From Thalia democratica (taxonomy: Eukaryota), in the NCBI GenBank assembly GCA_965202585.1, contig OZ241831.1, positions 52,948,001 to 53,012,000 on the forward strand: a DNA stretch of 64,000 nt, given 5' to 3'. A program made the position numbers and the translations under genes. Under the pieces are notes generated by a model. That model was not told where the DNA came from. It worked only from the letters and a program-made list of their open reading frames with translations, and ran no database searches. This document shows, in pieces, positions 23,601-36,934 of the stretch (position 1 is its first letter; each line of letters opens with the position of its first letter).

Positions 23601-24394
23601 AAATTATCATTAATAACTAAAAAACAAAACTTAACAGCGCAAAACATCATTAAAAAAACCTATATCGGGCAGGACTTTAAATTATAATCGATTTATACAC
23701 TACTTAAAGTAAGTTTTATAAATAAAGAAACTTCTTTGTTTTTGTTTTTTTTAATATTTTTTATCATTTTTTTCTTATATTTTCTTGAATATGGACATGA
23801 CATGACATTTAACTGTATCCTGGTGAATGACTGAATAACCGAAAGGTTTTTTCGAACACCAATTATTTGGACCAAATTTTTGAGGGCTTTATTTTTCGTT
23901 TAATAAACATCTATAACATTTAACTTATATTCGTAGTTGAAAATACGTTTCTACATAATATAGAAAACAACACTATTTATTTTATTTTGTCATGTTTATT
24001 CAGTACATAAAATAACCTGTTAATCTAAAACTCCTAACATATTAAGAAACTATGATCTATAAATCAGAACAAGATTTTAAAACTTATTTCTATAAAAATT
24101 TTGAAAAAATTTTACTGAATAAGATAATTTGTTTTTAAATAGAAAAAGTAAACAAATCGGAAAAAGGTTAACACTAACACCTAAAAGAAAACATATACAT
24201 ATATAATGTCTGTTAAAAAGTCTTCCTACTAATATTTTTTGAACTTATAATAAATAATTAAAATTTTAAACTACTTTTTTTTAAGTTAAACTAAAAAATT
24301 TTAAATAATTTTTTTACTCAGAATATTAAAAACTATTTTAACTTAAAATTTATCAAAATGAAAAGAAAAGTTTTTGAGTATAATTTTTACTAAA

Positions 24395-26090
24395 CTATTC
24401 ATCGAACTTAAATACAATAAGGTAGGCTGGAATTAAATTCAAACGATTTTTTACAACTCCATTCTCCAAATTACCAAATATTCCTTCTCTTGTTACACTT
24501 TTCCTGCTATCCTCAATAACTTTATCATGTTTCTGATCTTCATATTTTTCTTTTGAACAGACAACAAATACAAATGACAACTTTTTTACTATGTTATCAA
24601 CTTCACAATAACTACGACCAACACGTGTTGCGAAATCCAAGTTGGTGGCAGTTTGATGTAGTGCAGGGTCAAATTTTTTCGGGCTGTTTAGATAATTAGG
24701 ATAACCATTTGTCAGAACATATTTTACTTTGTTCACTTTAACTCCGTGAAGATAAAGGTACTTTTGTTTGAAGTTGAGAACTTCATTTTTGTCAGTAGGG
24801 TTAATTCTGAACAGTTGTTTAATTTTTGGCAAGTTTTCAGTATTTTTATTACCAATTGAACGTAAAATAAACTTGTAATCATCATCTTTATTATGTAGAA
24901 GTTCTGTAGTAAATTTTCTTTTTTCGCCTTGTTTTATCTCATAAATGCTGCTTAGTTTACAAAAAAAGTTGTTTCATGATTAAATCAATGTCATTTTCTA
25001 ACGTTGTGGTGAGATAATCAATTTTTGCATAATAATTTCTTTTTATTTCCTTTTTTAAATGTTCTGCTATCATTGTGAAGGAAAATTTTGAAACTTTATT
25101 TTTAGAATTATCTTCTTTGTTTGTTATCTTATTTAAACTAGAATCAGCAGCACTTGTATACCTTACTTTTTTTAAGCAACTATAAAGTATTCCATCAACT
25201 ATATCACCTATATGAGTTTTTTCTTCAATTTCGATCAAATAAGCAGGCACTACTAAACTATGGTGAGCTAATGCTATGCTTTCTTTATCAACTTTTTGAA
25301 ATGAACCTTTTAAAAGTTTTCTGTTATAACCATTATGTACGTCTAATTGAGATTCTTCAGTGTTTAAGGGTTTACCTAGACTTTTGCTGTACATTTTTAT
25401 TGATGGCTCTTCATTAAGATAATCTTTGAAAGATGAATTTATTTGATACTGATTATATCCTCGACATATCTCAGGATTAGGTACACTGTTGACAAAAAAG
25501 TGTCTAAAATTTTTGGTTAAATTTTTTTCTGTAGCACAGGACTTACTGTAATCATATGCATAAGTAAATCTATTTGTAAGATACACTCCAGGTCCATAAG
25601 ATCCTTTTTCGGATGGTTTAAATCCAGTTTTTAAAATTCCTTCTACGTTTTGTGCACTAGTCCCATGAAGCAAAAGTATCTGGTTAGAATCGCTTGACTC
25701 TGTTGAAATGTTGTCGTTTGATACTACTCTGTATATTTTCAAATCTTCAATCTTACGTCTTATGTCTAGTTGATTACTAGAGTACTTTGTAGTAGTTTCA
25801 TCTTTAAATTTTACTGAATTTTCTAGGAGACTGTAGTCTGGATCGTTGGTTTTTAATAGCTCGAGTTTGTATTTAAAACCAGGAAGTACTGATTTTTTGA
25901 AATTTGCAACATCATATTTACACGACTCTTTTGCTTTTTCAAACAAGAATCCATTTTCGTAAATATTTTTTTCTTTACTTATTTCTTCGTTCGCTTTCAT
26001 AACGATATCTTGTAGAAAGTTTCTACAGTCAGGGTGACTTTTAGAAAACCTTTCCACTTTGCTTTTAATTAACTTCATTGTTAGTTCCAT
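24395..26090 (-). pseudogene. Tandem ART/pseudo-ART gene copy 2, with a +1 frameshift in a T7 run at ~24961-24967 (real truncation or assembly error)
   Basis: The 377-aa ORF (24957-26090) carries the complete catalytic domain (LLLHGT, GSYGPGVYLT, ESIALAHHSLVVPAY). The next frame resumes KLSSIYEIK.. and reaches the same C-terminus as copy 1 (stop 24395). Removing one T restores LFCKLSSIY, matching LSFQLSSIY in copy 1. Confidence 0.85.
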
Positions 26091-26106
26091 TTTATTTGTT
26101 AGAAAA

Positions 26107-26127
26107 CTGTAAATTATTTCTAGTTAG
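26107..26127 (-). other. 3' splice acceptor with CTAAC branch point upstream of copy 2 ATG
   Basis: The minus strand reads aaaCTAACtagaaataatttacAG|ttttctaacaaataaaATG. Confidence 0.55.
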
Positions 26128-26254
26128 TTTTTTGAAAATATTTTTTACTCTTTGTGTTTAAGCGAAACACAAATACAACTGATAGGTAAGTAAGTTTATA
26201 AAAAATGTTCTTGTAAGCACAACAGCCAGAGAGTTGGTTTGCCCTGGCTGACTA

Positions 26255-26289
26255 CCTGATGCCAGATTACCAAAGAGAACTTTTATATG
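26255..26289 (-). promoter_or_regulatory. Core promoter of copy 2: TATAAAA from 26287, Inr TCA with A at 26257
   Basis: 30-nt spacing, homologous to the copy 1 promoter. Confidence 0.55.
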
Positions 26290-29200
26290 TGCCTTTAAGT
26301 GTATTTAAGATATGGAAACACGCTAGAGGGAAAGATAAATTCAAGATAAAATCAATAATTATAGATATTAACAAATTTTTACAATGTAGTCAAACATAAT
26401 ATTAATATAATTCTAAAGAAAAACAAGTTAAAAAAAAAGTCTAAAGCTCTCTCTCTGATACATTCATAAAGTGACACTATAACACAATAAAGTAACTGAA
26501 TAGCATTTTTTATTACAGTTTACAAAATTTTCGTTTTTATTGACTTATTTGTAACATTCGACATCTAACTTTATAAGTTCAATATTCAAACTGTGAACAT
26601 ATCTTATGAATTTTTAAGCAATGAAATTTGAAACTTTTATTTCAAGTTTAAATACAATTATATATAAACTTTATAATTAATTAAAAAATAACTGTACCAC
26701 ATTAAATTATTTTTACAATTAATTACTTACTTGACTATGTTCTAGTGCAATACTTTTATAAACTATTATATAAAAGCAATAACTAAAATGGTATTTTTTT
26801 AATCTTAATGAAAATTATATTAACTTCTAAAATAAAGTCAGCCGTGTAAAATTTTTGTATGAAGTGCAATTTTTAGACTGATATTTGTCTGGAAACTTCA
26901 CAAAAAAATGCAACAGGGTTCTCCTTTTTTTGTATAAAACAAATAGCAGCTTGTGTGTCAAAAAACCTAGATTAAGATTTATCAAAATAGCCTGAGTCAA
27001 TTTACGATTGTGATAACAAACAATAGCCTAATTTTATTGCAATCCTGTAGTTGCTACAAACTATTTTATAACTAATAATCTTAAATAAATCATAAATATA
27101 TAAACATAATAACAAAAATAAAATTATTAAAAAATAAAAAGTTTTAAGATAAAAACTGAATTTCAAGTAACAAAAACTAGAATAAACTATTTAAAAAATT
27201 CAAATCCAAAGTTTTGCAATAATTACTAAGCCGAGTTTTACAAATCATCTGAAAAATTTTCAAACTTATCAAAATTGTTAAAAATATTAAACTACATAGT
27301 TGAGTCTATAACAGCACTCTATAAAGTAATTTAAAATTTTAAATCTGAATAAGCAAAGCTTTAAAAACAATTTTTTTTTTGTGGTAAAAACTTAGTTTTT
27401 TATGGTATAATCAATAAAATTTTAATAGAAAACTCTTTATAGTGAAAGAAATTTAAAGTTTTTTATTTATAAATGATTATTTCTGTTATAAACCCAAAAC
27501 ACATTTCTATTGAAGAGATCTTTTTAAAAGACGAAAAAAAAATATGCTAACTCTTTTTTAAAATATCATTTTAATTTGAGTGGTCTGAACTTGAATTACC
27601 AGTTACTGTAAAAAACATATTCAACATTATACTTAAAGACTGCTGTTTAAAAGTAGTTGTATACAAAACTTTAAGCTTGTTTAAAAAGAAATTCTGAAAT
27701 TAATTTAAGCTTGTTAAAAGCAAAAAAAAAAGTTCTTTTACAAAATTTTTTATAAAGTACAAATTATTCAAACTTAATTTCATTAACAATCTTGATGACA
27801 AAAATGTCTTCAGATTATTGAAAAAAATACTAAAACTATCCTGAGTTAAAAAGAAAATCCTGAGTCAACCGAAGTTCAAATAAAACTTAGAATATCTTAG
27901 ATAAAAAAAAAAGCTCTGATGTATCCTGAGTGTGTTGTGAACCTGAATTTTTCCTTAAATTTGATTAAAATAAAGCTTTAAAATTTTTTTATTTGTAAAA
28001 TTCAAAATAACTTTTAGGTAATACACAAAAAAAGTCTTACTTGTTCAAATAAATCACCAACTTTTGAACTGATTAAAACTGACAGTATGCCATATTTGAA
28101 TAATAATTGTCTAAGTTAAAAAACTTTCTAGCCGTAATAAAAATTTAATAACATCTTTAAAATTTTTAACTCTGTTGAGGCCTGTAAGTTTGTAAATTTA
28201 ATGATATTTCATTTTTGGTTAGTTTTATATTACCTATAAAGAAAAACAAAATCTAACTGGTTTAGAAGCTTATTAGAATAACCATAGACAGGGTTGTCAA
28301 AGGACTTTTGTATATTTCTTCTAGGCTTAAATTTTTTTTTGATTTATTAACAGTATTAAATCAAACTTAAGATTAAAAAAGTTCTTGAGAAACTAGTTTT
28401 AGGTTTTAAAAAGTTTTATTTTAACAACTGTCAAATTTCAGGGTTTTTAGTCTAAATTATTAGGCTCTAAGTTTTTCCAGGAGTTTAGGTTTGCTGGCAA
28501 CCAGGAACATTAGAAAAAAATTTAAAGCAATGTATAATATGTTTTCAAATAAAAATAAATTATTAATACAATATTTTTTTATCCTATATATAGATTGCTA
28601 CACCTAGGTAAAATTGTGTTACTTCACATGTAGAAGAAGTTTAAAACTACAGGTGTATACAGGGTTTTAATAGTTTTAAAGAAATTTTATGTTCTTTACA
28701 AATGTTCTTCAATTGAAAATTGTTCAAGGTTTTTTTGCACAAAATTTAAAATTCCAGATTTTCTATGATTTCAGGTTTTTTTGCAACCCTGTATAGATAT
28801 AAGAAGTTATATGAAAAATAAATAAATTAACTAACTGCAAAAACAAAACTAAAATGAAAAAAGCAAAACATGACAAAAAGGGATCAGTGCAATGATTCTT
28901 GATTATATTTAAACAAATTATGTTAACTGAAAACAAAATAAACTTAGAAAACATACTTTTTTTTTTGTAAAAATATTTACAATAAATTTTGTTTTTATTA
29001 AATTTTTCAAATTTTTTTTAAATAAACTTATAAAAATCTATTTTCAGTAAAAAGTTAAATTAATAAAAAAATATAAGCTGGTGCAAAAGTAGTAGATGTA
29101 GTAATTAGTATTAAGATACTAAAAGATAAAACAGGTAAAGAAATTATTTTATTGGATTTTGTTTACATAAAATACTAATATTTAAAGCAATCTGTAAGAT

Positions 29201-30479
29201 TAAACACCTTTATTTATAGTTAAGAAAAATTAAAATTGAGATATTCAAAATGTACTATATTCTTTAAGTGTTCATTAAAAAAAAAAACTATTCAGTAGTA
29301 GTAAAAATGAATAAAACTAAATGATATATATATAATATTTAAAATACTCAATACATTTTTATCAACCTTAAACATTTTATACTGTAGTTGTTGATTATAA
29401 TACTTAAACATATTAAAAAGTGGTGTGATTAAACATTTATACATATCAAGCAAAAATCAAGCATATTCAAAAACTTTAGTATATGTCCATGAACTAATCA
29501 TTAACAATGATATTTTAAATTTTTGATTTGATAGCTGTCCAATTTCTTATTTAAAAAAGGCAGACTAGCTTTAAACCGTTCATTATAAATAATTTTTGCT
29601 AAGCATAATTAAATTTTAATAAAATGGAATTTGACAAAATGGACTAAAACGGGTTCTAAACTTTTTCAACAAAAATAAGCAGTTAAGCTGTTTAAAAAAC
29701 AAAGTAAGTAAAAATATATGCTATATTTTTATAACAAGGCTTATTCTAGTAAACTTAAAAAAAAAAAAATTAAATCATCATACCATTCATACTAAGTTAA
29801 AATAAGAAAAAAAAAATCGGATTTTTTATGCCTTCTAAAGTACCAGAATAAGTTGAATCCTAAATAATAAACAAAAATCTGTTTGTATATACTTTAAATG
29901 TTATGCTTGAGTAATTTTTAGCTTTTTGCTCAAGGAAAATCTGGGAACTGTTCTATTTTTTAACAGAAGACTTATTTAAATATGTAAAACTCATTGAACT
30001 ATTTAAAAAATAACATTTTTTAAAACTATAGTATCCAATTAAATAAGAAAAAAACAAATACCTTTTCTAGTTAGTATTTACTTTTAAATAAAAATTCTAA
30101 AACATATTACTTATTAATAAGTTTTGATTTTTGTTATATCGTGTTGCTAAAGTTTTGACAAACTAAGTTTTAAAGAAGCACTTAAACTAAAAAAAACATA
30201 CATTTCAACTATGAAACTGATCTCTTTTTGCAAACATTTTATCAAAACTATTGTTGCAATGTATGAAACTTAGTTGATTTCTTAACAGCTAAAAAAGTTT
30301 CTCCTTATCATAAAAATGTCGTTTTGAGAATAAATATAGGTTTCTTTTTACACATTTTATTTATGTTGAGTTGCAAAATATTTTTTAATAAGGCTTCTGC
30401 AGTTTGTTTCAGTTATATGATATTTTAATTAAAAACAACTTTTAAAATTACCTTAAACCTGCTTTTTTGCTCTATTTTA

Positions 30480-30630
30480 TTTTTCTCTTCATCAGCAACT
30501 CCAGAATATACAGTTTTAGTTTTAAATTATGACCTCATTGCCCCTATGGCTCTTTTACCGCTCATACCCCCTGAATATCTGTCATGGCTCCAACGGGGGC
30601 CGCATAGTCCACTTTGGAAAATCTTGCTTA
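30480..30630 (-). mobile_element. Degenerate copy of the 37350-37637 hAT MITE family
   Basis: ctcttcatcagcaactccagaatat..atatctgtcatggctc..ccactttggaaaatcttg is the reverse complement of the 37350 element. It is duplicated at ~32030-32200. Confidence 0.7.
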
Positions 30631-32029
30631 TAGTAAGGATTTTCAAAACTAGTTAAAACATTGAACAAGAAATTGATGTGACGATTGCCAACCGTAAAAC
30701 CATTTTTTAGTTGAAGAGTCGAAAGTTAATTTTTCGAGTTTACACATTTTAAATTGTTGTTTTCTTTAGTATAACTATTAAAAAAAAGCCTATATTTAAA
30801 ATTTTTTCCAACTGTAAAAAAATTAACAGCAGAAAACTTAAAGGTTACATTTTAGTGTTAATAACTTTTATTTTTGAGAAAAAATTAGAGTACAGCCTAA
30901 ATAGATTTTTTATCAAATCAGCTGAAACGCAAGAAGTTGTTGTGACGATTGCCAACCGTAAAACAATTTTTAGCTGTAGGTCTACGGCCAAACTTGGCGT
31001 AATAAAGTTTAAAGTGTAGTTTTTTAAGAAAAAAAAAGTAAAATAGCCTATATATAGCGGGGACTTTCGTAATCAGCTAAAACTTTACACTTGAAGTTGT
31101 TGCGACAGTTTTCAACAGTAAAAATATTTTTAGTTAAAAAACTTGGGGTCACAATAATCTGGTTTTTACAGTATAAGTAGTTGTTTTCTTGAAAAAAATC
31201 ATAAAATAGCCTACTTATAGAGGTTTTTCAAAATCATTGAAACTTTAGCAAAAGCAGTTTTTGTTACGAATATTAACTGTAAAACAAACTTAGTTGAAAA
31301 AATCAAGTTTAGTTTCATCTTTTTACAGTTTGAATTGTTGTATTTTTGACAAAAAATTGGAAGAAGCTTATATGTGAGGGTTTTCCAATTCAGGTAAAAA
31401 TTGCAACAGAAGTTGTTGTGACGATTGTCAACTGTAAAATATTTTTGAGCAGAAAACTCTGAGATTGCATATTTTGGATATCTATAGTCTAAGTAATTAT
31501 TTTCTTGAGAAAAATTGAAAATTAGCCAAAATATTGAAAATTTTCATAATCATTTAAAACTTTGCAAAACAAGTTGTTGCGAAAATTTTCACCTTTAAAA
31601 CAATCTTTAGCAAATAACTCTAAGGTTCTTTTTACGATACAGTGGTATTTGTTAGAAAATAAAATCAAAATGTTTATATATGAATGTTTTTTTTATTTAA
31701 CTTAAACTTCGCAAAAAGTTATTTTGATGATTACCAACTGTAAAACTATTTTCAGGTGAAAACTCAATAGTCACATTTTTTGAAATTATAAAGTCGAAAT
31801 TGTCTTTTCCACAAGAAAAAATCAGAAGTTAGCCTTCATATCAGAATTTTTCTAGCATTTTTTAACGGCCCCTTTAAAGAAATTAGAAAAGCTGTAGTCC
31901 TCTACAACAAGTCTACTAAAACAACTACTATTAAAAGCAGCTAAAATCTTCTTTTTTTATGCTCTTCATCAGGAAATTCAGAATATAAAGTATAAGCTTT
32001 AAAACTACCAATAAAATCATCTACGACCT

Positions 32030-32200
32030 TTTTTTTGCTCTTCACCAGCAACTCGAAAATATATATCTTATGATCTTAGAATTACTTGATAAGTTTCAAT
32101 TAATGACCTCATCGCCCCCTGTGCCTCCTTTACCGCTCATAACCCCCTAAATATCTGACATGGCTCACAAATGGGCTATTTAGTCCACATTGGGAAATCT
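32030..32200 (-). mobile_element. Second degenerate hAT MITE copy, made by a ~1.55-kb tandem duplication within the satellite
   Basis: Matches 30480-30630, including the downstream satellite flank (gaagagtcgaaagtt). Confidence 0.7.
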
Positions 32201-32516
32201 TGCTTTATATGAAGGTTTGTAAAAATTTGCTAAAATATTGAACACGATGTTGATGTGACGATTGACAACCGTAAAACTATTTTCAGCTGAAGAGTCGAAA
32301 GTTTAGTTTATACCGTTTAAATTAATATTTTCTTAAGTAAAAATATTAGAAAATAGGAAAATATATATGAAGGTTTTTCCAAATTAGTCAAACCTTTGCT
32401 CAAATTTTTGTAGTTGCAATTGCCAACTGTTAACTTATTTAGGTTTTTTTTAAATCAGCTTAAACTTTGCACAAGAAGTTAATGTGATGATTGACAACCG
32501 GAAAAAAATTTTCAGC

Positions 32517-33347
32517 GGGTAGCTGTCTAAATTGCACGAAGAATTTACACCAAGATACCTTTATACGAGGGGATAAAATTGCACGAAGATAAATTTGAAA
32601 AAGATACTTTTGCACGTAGGGTCAGTTTTGCGGGAGGACTTTTTTGCACAAGCAGACGATTTAGCACGGAGTCATATTTGCACGGGTTATTTTATTTATT
32701 TTTTCTTATTACTTTTTCTTTTAATTTAGTTTTTTTTCACTACCACTGTTACCCCTAACCCATACCCTCGGTCTGTAAGTTTTCTGTTTTTAAAAGTTTT
32801 TTTATTTTATTTTATTTATTTACTAATTTTAATTTTTTATTTTTTATTATTTGTTTTTATTTTCGATTTTTTTACTACAATTGTTATCTATAACCCATAC
32901 TCTCTGTCGGTAAGTTTTTTTTTAATGATATTTTTTTGATTTTTTAAATTATATATTTTTATTTACTATTTTTTACAATCACTGTTAACCCTAACCCTTG
33001 CCTTCGGTCTTTATTATGTTTTTTTTAACTATCACTGTTACCCCTAAACTTTACCTAAGGTCAATTGTTATTTTTTTAATAAATTTCCTAATAGTTGTAT
33101 TTTGTTCTGATTATTTTTATTTCTATTTTTTTCTTATTTTTTTTACTCAAGTGCAAAAATGTAACTCGTGCAAAATTGACCCTTGGTGCAAAATCATCAT
33201 CGTGCATTATTTTTTCTCAAGTGAAATTTTGTGCCTTTGTGCAATTTAGTTTACTCGTGCAATTTAGTTTCTTCGTGCAATTTAGTTTCCTCGTGCAGTT
33301 TAGTAACCTCGTGCATTTTTGTCTTGGTGCAACTAGACCCGTTCCCA
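32517..33347. mobile_element. Foldback-type element inserted into the 158-bp satellite
   Basis: Starts gggtagctgtc..ttgcacga and ends gtgcaactagacccgttccca. Flanks ttttcagc / ttttctgt match at 6/8. Excision restores ttttcagc-tgtaggtctacgg, matching the unit at ~30967. Confidence 0.8.
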
Positions 33348-35047
33348 TTTTCTGTTGTAGGTCTACGGTCAAAATTGGCGTAATAAAGTTTAAGTTGTAG
33401 TTTTTTATGAATAAAAAGTAAAGTAGCTTATTTCTATCGAGGAAATTAGCCAAAACACTTAAAGTTGTTGTGACAGTGACCAACAGTAAAAATATTTTCA
33501 GCTAAAAAACTTAAGGTCACAATTTTCGGGTTTAAGTAGTTGTGTTTTTGAGAAAAATACAGTTTAATTTAAATTTTTTGGGAAAAAGTCGGAAATTAGC
33601 CTATATATGGAGGTTTTTCGAAATATGCTAAAACTTACCTCAAGAACTTTTTGTAACGATTGCAAACTGTAAAAAAAAATTCAACTTAAAAAAAAATAAC
33701 ATTTTTCGGTTTATACTGGTTAAAGTTTTTTTTCTTGATAAAATCGGAAAATAGCTTACACATTAAGATCTTTCAAAATCAGCTGAATCTTTGAACATGA
33801 AGTTATTAAAACGATTTATAAGTATATAAATAAATTATGTATTATAACGAAAATCAACATCGGTTTATGACGGAAACTTGAATATGTATTCTTTTCCCAT
33901 CTTACAGATTGAGTTACGTTTTTTTTCAACTTGTTTTAATTGTTTTAAAAAAGTAAAAGTTTTTACAATTTTTTAACACATAGTTCATGTTATACTGTTG
34001 TTAATGCTTAAATACAAACATTTCTCCAAATTAATCATGTAAAGGGCGGCTATATATTATGCTTGATGTATTTGGATTATTAAATTAATTTGTTTTAAAA
34101 CTTTGATTTAAAATTACTAAAACATTTCTTTATCAAACATACAGTTTATTTTAATCGACACTTTTCTAAAAGAGTTTCAAAGTCTATATTTTTATTGTTT
34201 AAATACGCAATTTTAAAATGAACTTTTTAAGATAATGTTGCCAGTTTATTAAAAACTTATACATTTTAACTGAGGCAAAAAAAAGTCACTGTTTGCTTCG
34301 CAGAATAAAGTTTTTAAGACTAACAAAAGTTTTTTTAGTGGTTTTTTGTTTGTTTTCAAAAATGTTAGCATTTACTCAAGTTAGTTTAAAGTTTGTTATA
34401 AGAACGTCTTCAACTTTTTTAGAACACTTGGCTTTAAATTGCAATTTAACAACTTTTTTTCATATATAAATACAACTTATACTTCAAATAAACAAGACAT
34501 GTTTGTACTATCTCATTATTTTTTCACAAAGAATTAAAAGTTTAGGTTTTTTAAATCGGAAATTACAAAAAATTTGAAATTTAGCCTATAGATGAAGATA
34601 TTTAAAGTCAGCTTAATCCTGTCACGAGAAACTGTTGTTATGAATGTCAGCTTAACGAATTTTTGGCTGAAAGTTCTTAGGCTACATTCTTGGTAAATAC
34701 AGTTTAGGTTGTTGTTTTTATAAAAAAAAGAAATACACTATATTTAAAGTTTTTCTTAATAAGCTAAACCTTTTTCAAAAAGTTGTGCAATTTTTCAAGT
34801 TTAAAAAAGTTTAACTTTAAGCCATGAGGTCGTATATTTGGTCCCATACAGTCGTTCACTTTAAGAAGAATCGGAAAAAAGTCTAAATATTAAGCTTTTG
34901 CCAAGTTAAATTAAACTTTGTAAAAGAAGTTGACGTTACGATTGCCAACTATAAAACTTTTTCAGCTAATCATTATGAGGTCCAAATTTTTAGGATATTA
35001 CAATGTGAATTGATTTTTTTTTGAGGAAAACCATAAAATTAACTAAT

Positions 35048-35305
35048 AACACTACAACTAGCACATCACAGTAGCTTACAACACTTCAACTAGAACATCA
35101 CAGTAGATTCTAACACTACAACTATCACATGACAGTACATCACAACACTTTAACTAGAACATCACAGTAGACTGCAACAATATAACTATCACTTCACAGT
35201 AGATTACAAAAATACAACTATCACTTCACAGTAGACTGCAACAATACAACTATCACTACACAATAGATTGGAACATTACAATTATCACTTTACAGTAGAT
35301 TGCAA
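35048..35305 (-). repeat. ~8 copies of the 32-bp minisatellite, inverted relative to 53419-55164
   Basis: Units of the form aacactacaactatcacatcacagtagattgc are the reverse complement of the large array unit. Confidence 0.8.
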
Positions 35306-36582
35306 GGGAACCGCTCAGTTCCAACTCGTGTATAATTTCCAGCTGATCAAGTCTGAACTAATTTAACTTTTGACTATATAACCTGGATTTGAGACATTTT
35401 TATTTCTTATTAAACAACTGAAGAGTTAAGCATAAAATATGTTTTGTCATTTGAGATTTTTGTATCTTAGTATTGCAAAAATGTGATTCTATGTTTATAG
35501 ATTGTTCTTCATTGACAATTTTTTTTTATTTTAAACAGTTTTAAAGCGTTCATAGCGTTGCTGTTTACAACTGCAATATTTTAAAAACGTTGTCAATAAA
35601 TTCAATATCATATCCATTAGTATAATAATATATACATGATTTGAAAATATTTACAATAAGATGAAGTTTAAGCTTAGAAATAGAGTTTCTCAAAGTGAGT
35701 CTATAAGCTGCAAAGTGCCTAAAGGGAAACCCTGAATAGTAAAAAGGTTAAAATTAAAAATTTTATCTAGAAACTCTTGACTTAATGATAAATAGTAAAA
35801 AAAAGACCTGTGGTGAGTTCAAGTGTAGATTTGACTTACACCTGATATTACTGGAGTTTTTTATTCAAATACTCGGTTCCAGCCGTATACTAGTTTTATC
35901 GATCAAGAGTGCATATTGTGCCTAGTAGATTTTTGAGATATTTTGTTGTTAAGTTTTTTTTAAGAGTTAACGTAATTAAATAAAGATTGGGTAACCCTGG
36001 TTAAGAATTGTTATGCTCTTTTTTTTAGCAGTGAACATAATGTCTATTCAATTTAAAATAAATAAGAAATAATTGTGTTATTCTATATATAAATAAACTA
36101 AATCATTTTACTTTAAAAAATATTGTACTTTTAAACGCATTATTTCATGATCTGTTTAGAACTTTTAGGTTGTTGAGCTTAAACTTTTATGTTTATTAAA
36201 CATTCAAATCTAATCATTCTTTCCGTTTAAAAGCTATAAAATATCAAAACTGCCTAAAAAGCATTTATGCCTTTCAGTACGAACTTTTACAAAAAAGGAA
36301 CTTTCACAAAAATTATTATAACACTGTTATAAGTTTATAAAATCACAAAAGTGTGTCAAAAAAAAGTTTATTCAATTATCAAAAAGTTACTAAATTTGAA
36401 AAAGTAAGGAATCATGTGTTAGTAAAAACAAAATCATTTTATATTGTAAATAGGTATATATTTAACTGCAACAATATTACTGCAATAAATATGGTTGTCA
36501 AAAACTGCTTTAAAGTTTTGAAATTAAAAACACAAGAGCTAAAATAAGCAACAGTACGTGACTGTACCAGTAAACAAAATTT

Positions 36583-36735
36583 CTATTTCAAAAAGTTTTG
36601 AAGTTTAAAACTTCCCCACCTTTCTCTCATCCTCTGATTGTAATAAGAAGTGCTCTTCTTCTGCCCGCTACAGTTGTGATCCTGGGGATGTCTGTGTCGC
36701 AAACAGAAGTTCATCCTGCACTTTTTGCACTCAAC
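36583..36735 (-). CDS. ZFAND2: AN1-type zinc finger protein 2 (AIRAP-like), exon 2
   Basis: Acceptor aaaaatAG|GTTGAG. Encodes VECKKCRMNFCLRHRHPQDHNCSG..QNFLK*, completing the second AN1 finger. Phase 0 join with exon 1. AATAAA lies at 36367-36372. Confidence 0.9.
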   Translation of the reverse strand, partial: VECKKCRMNFCLRHRHPQDHNCSGQKKSTSYYNQRMRERWGSFKLQNFLK

Positions 36736-36934
36736 CTATTTTTCATTGTTTTCAATAACATTAACTGTAAAAACTAAAATCTTTAAAAAATAAATAACAT
36801 CATTGTTAGTAGTGATGATTAGTTGAATGGAATGTTTTTTATTATAAAGTTATTTAGATGGATAAAAATTGACAGTTAACGTAAAACGTAAAAAGTTTAT
36901 CAAAATGTAAAGTATTCTACTTATCGCTACCTAC

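Larger units (their letters stand above)
30630..35040. repeat. Diverged tandem satellite, ~155-161-bp unit
   Basis: The anchor gaagttgttgtgacgattg.caac.gtaaaa recurs at ~30933, 31093, 31254, 31409, 31570 and later at 32250, 33460, 33650 and 34925. The array is interrupted by MITEs and a foldback element. Confidence 0.8.

Noticed and set aside
25154-25417. ORFs overlapping real genes (25154-25417, 3611-3793, 36940-37182, 37019-37237)
   Set aside because: These are antisense or alternate-frame shadows of the ART and ZFAND2 coding sequences.
26180-26195. Plus-strand AG|GTAAGT donor-like motif in the conserved leader (also ~41313)
   Set aside because: It is degenerate in copies 1 and 4, and no plus-strand exon or partner acceptor was found. 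There is insufficient support for an antisense transcript.
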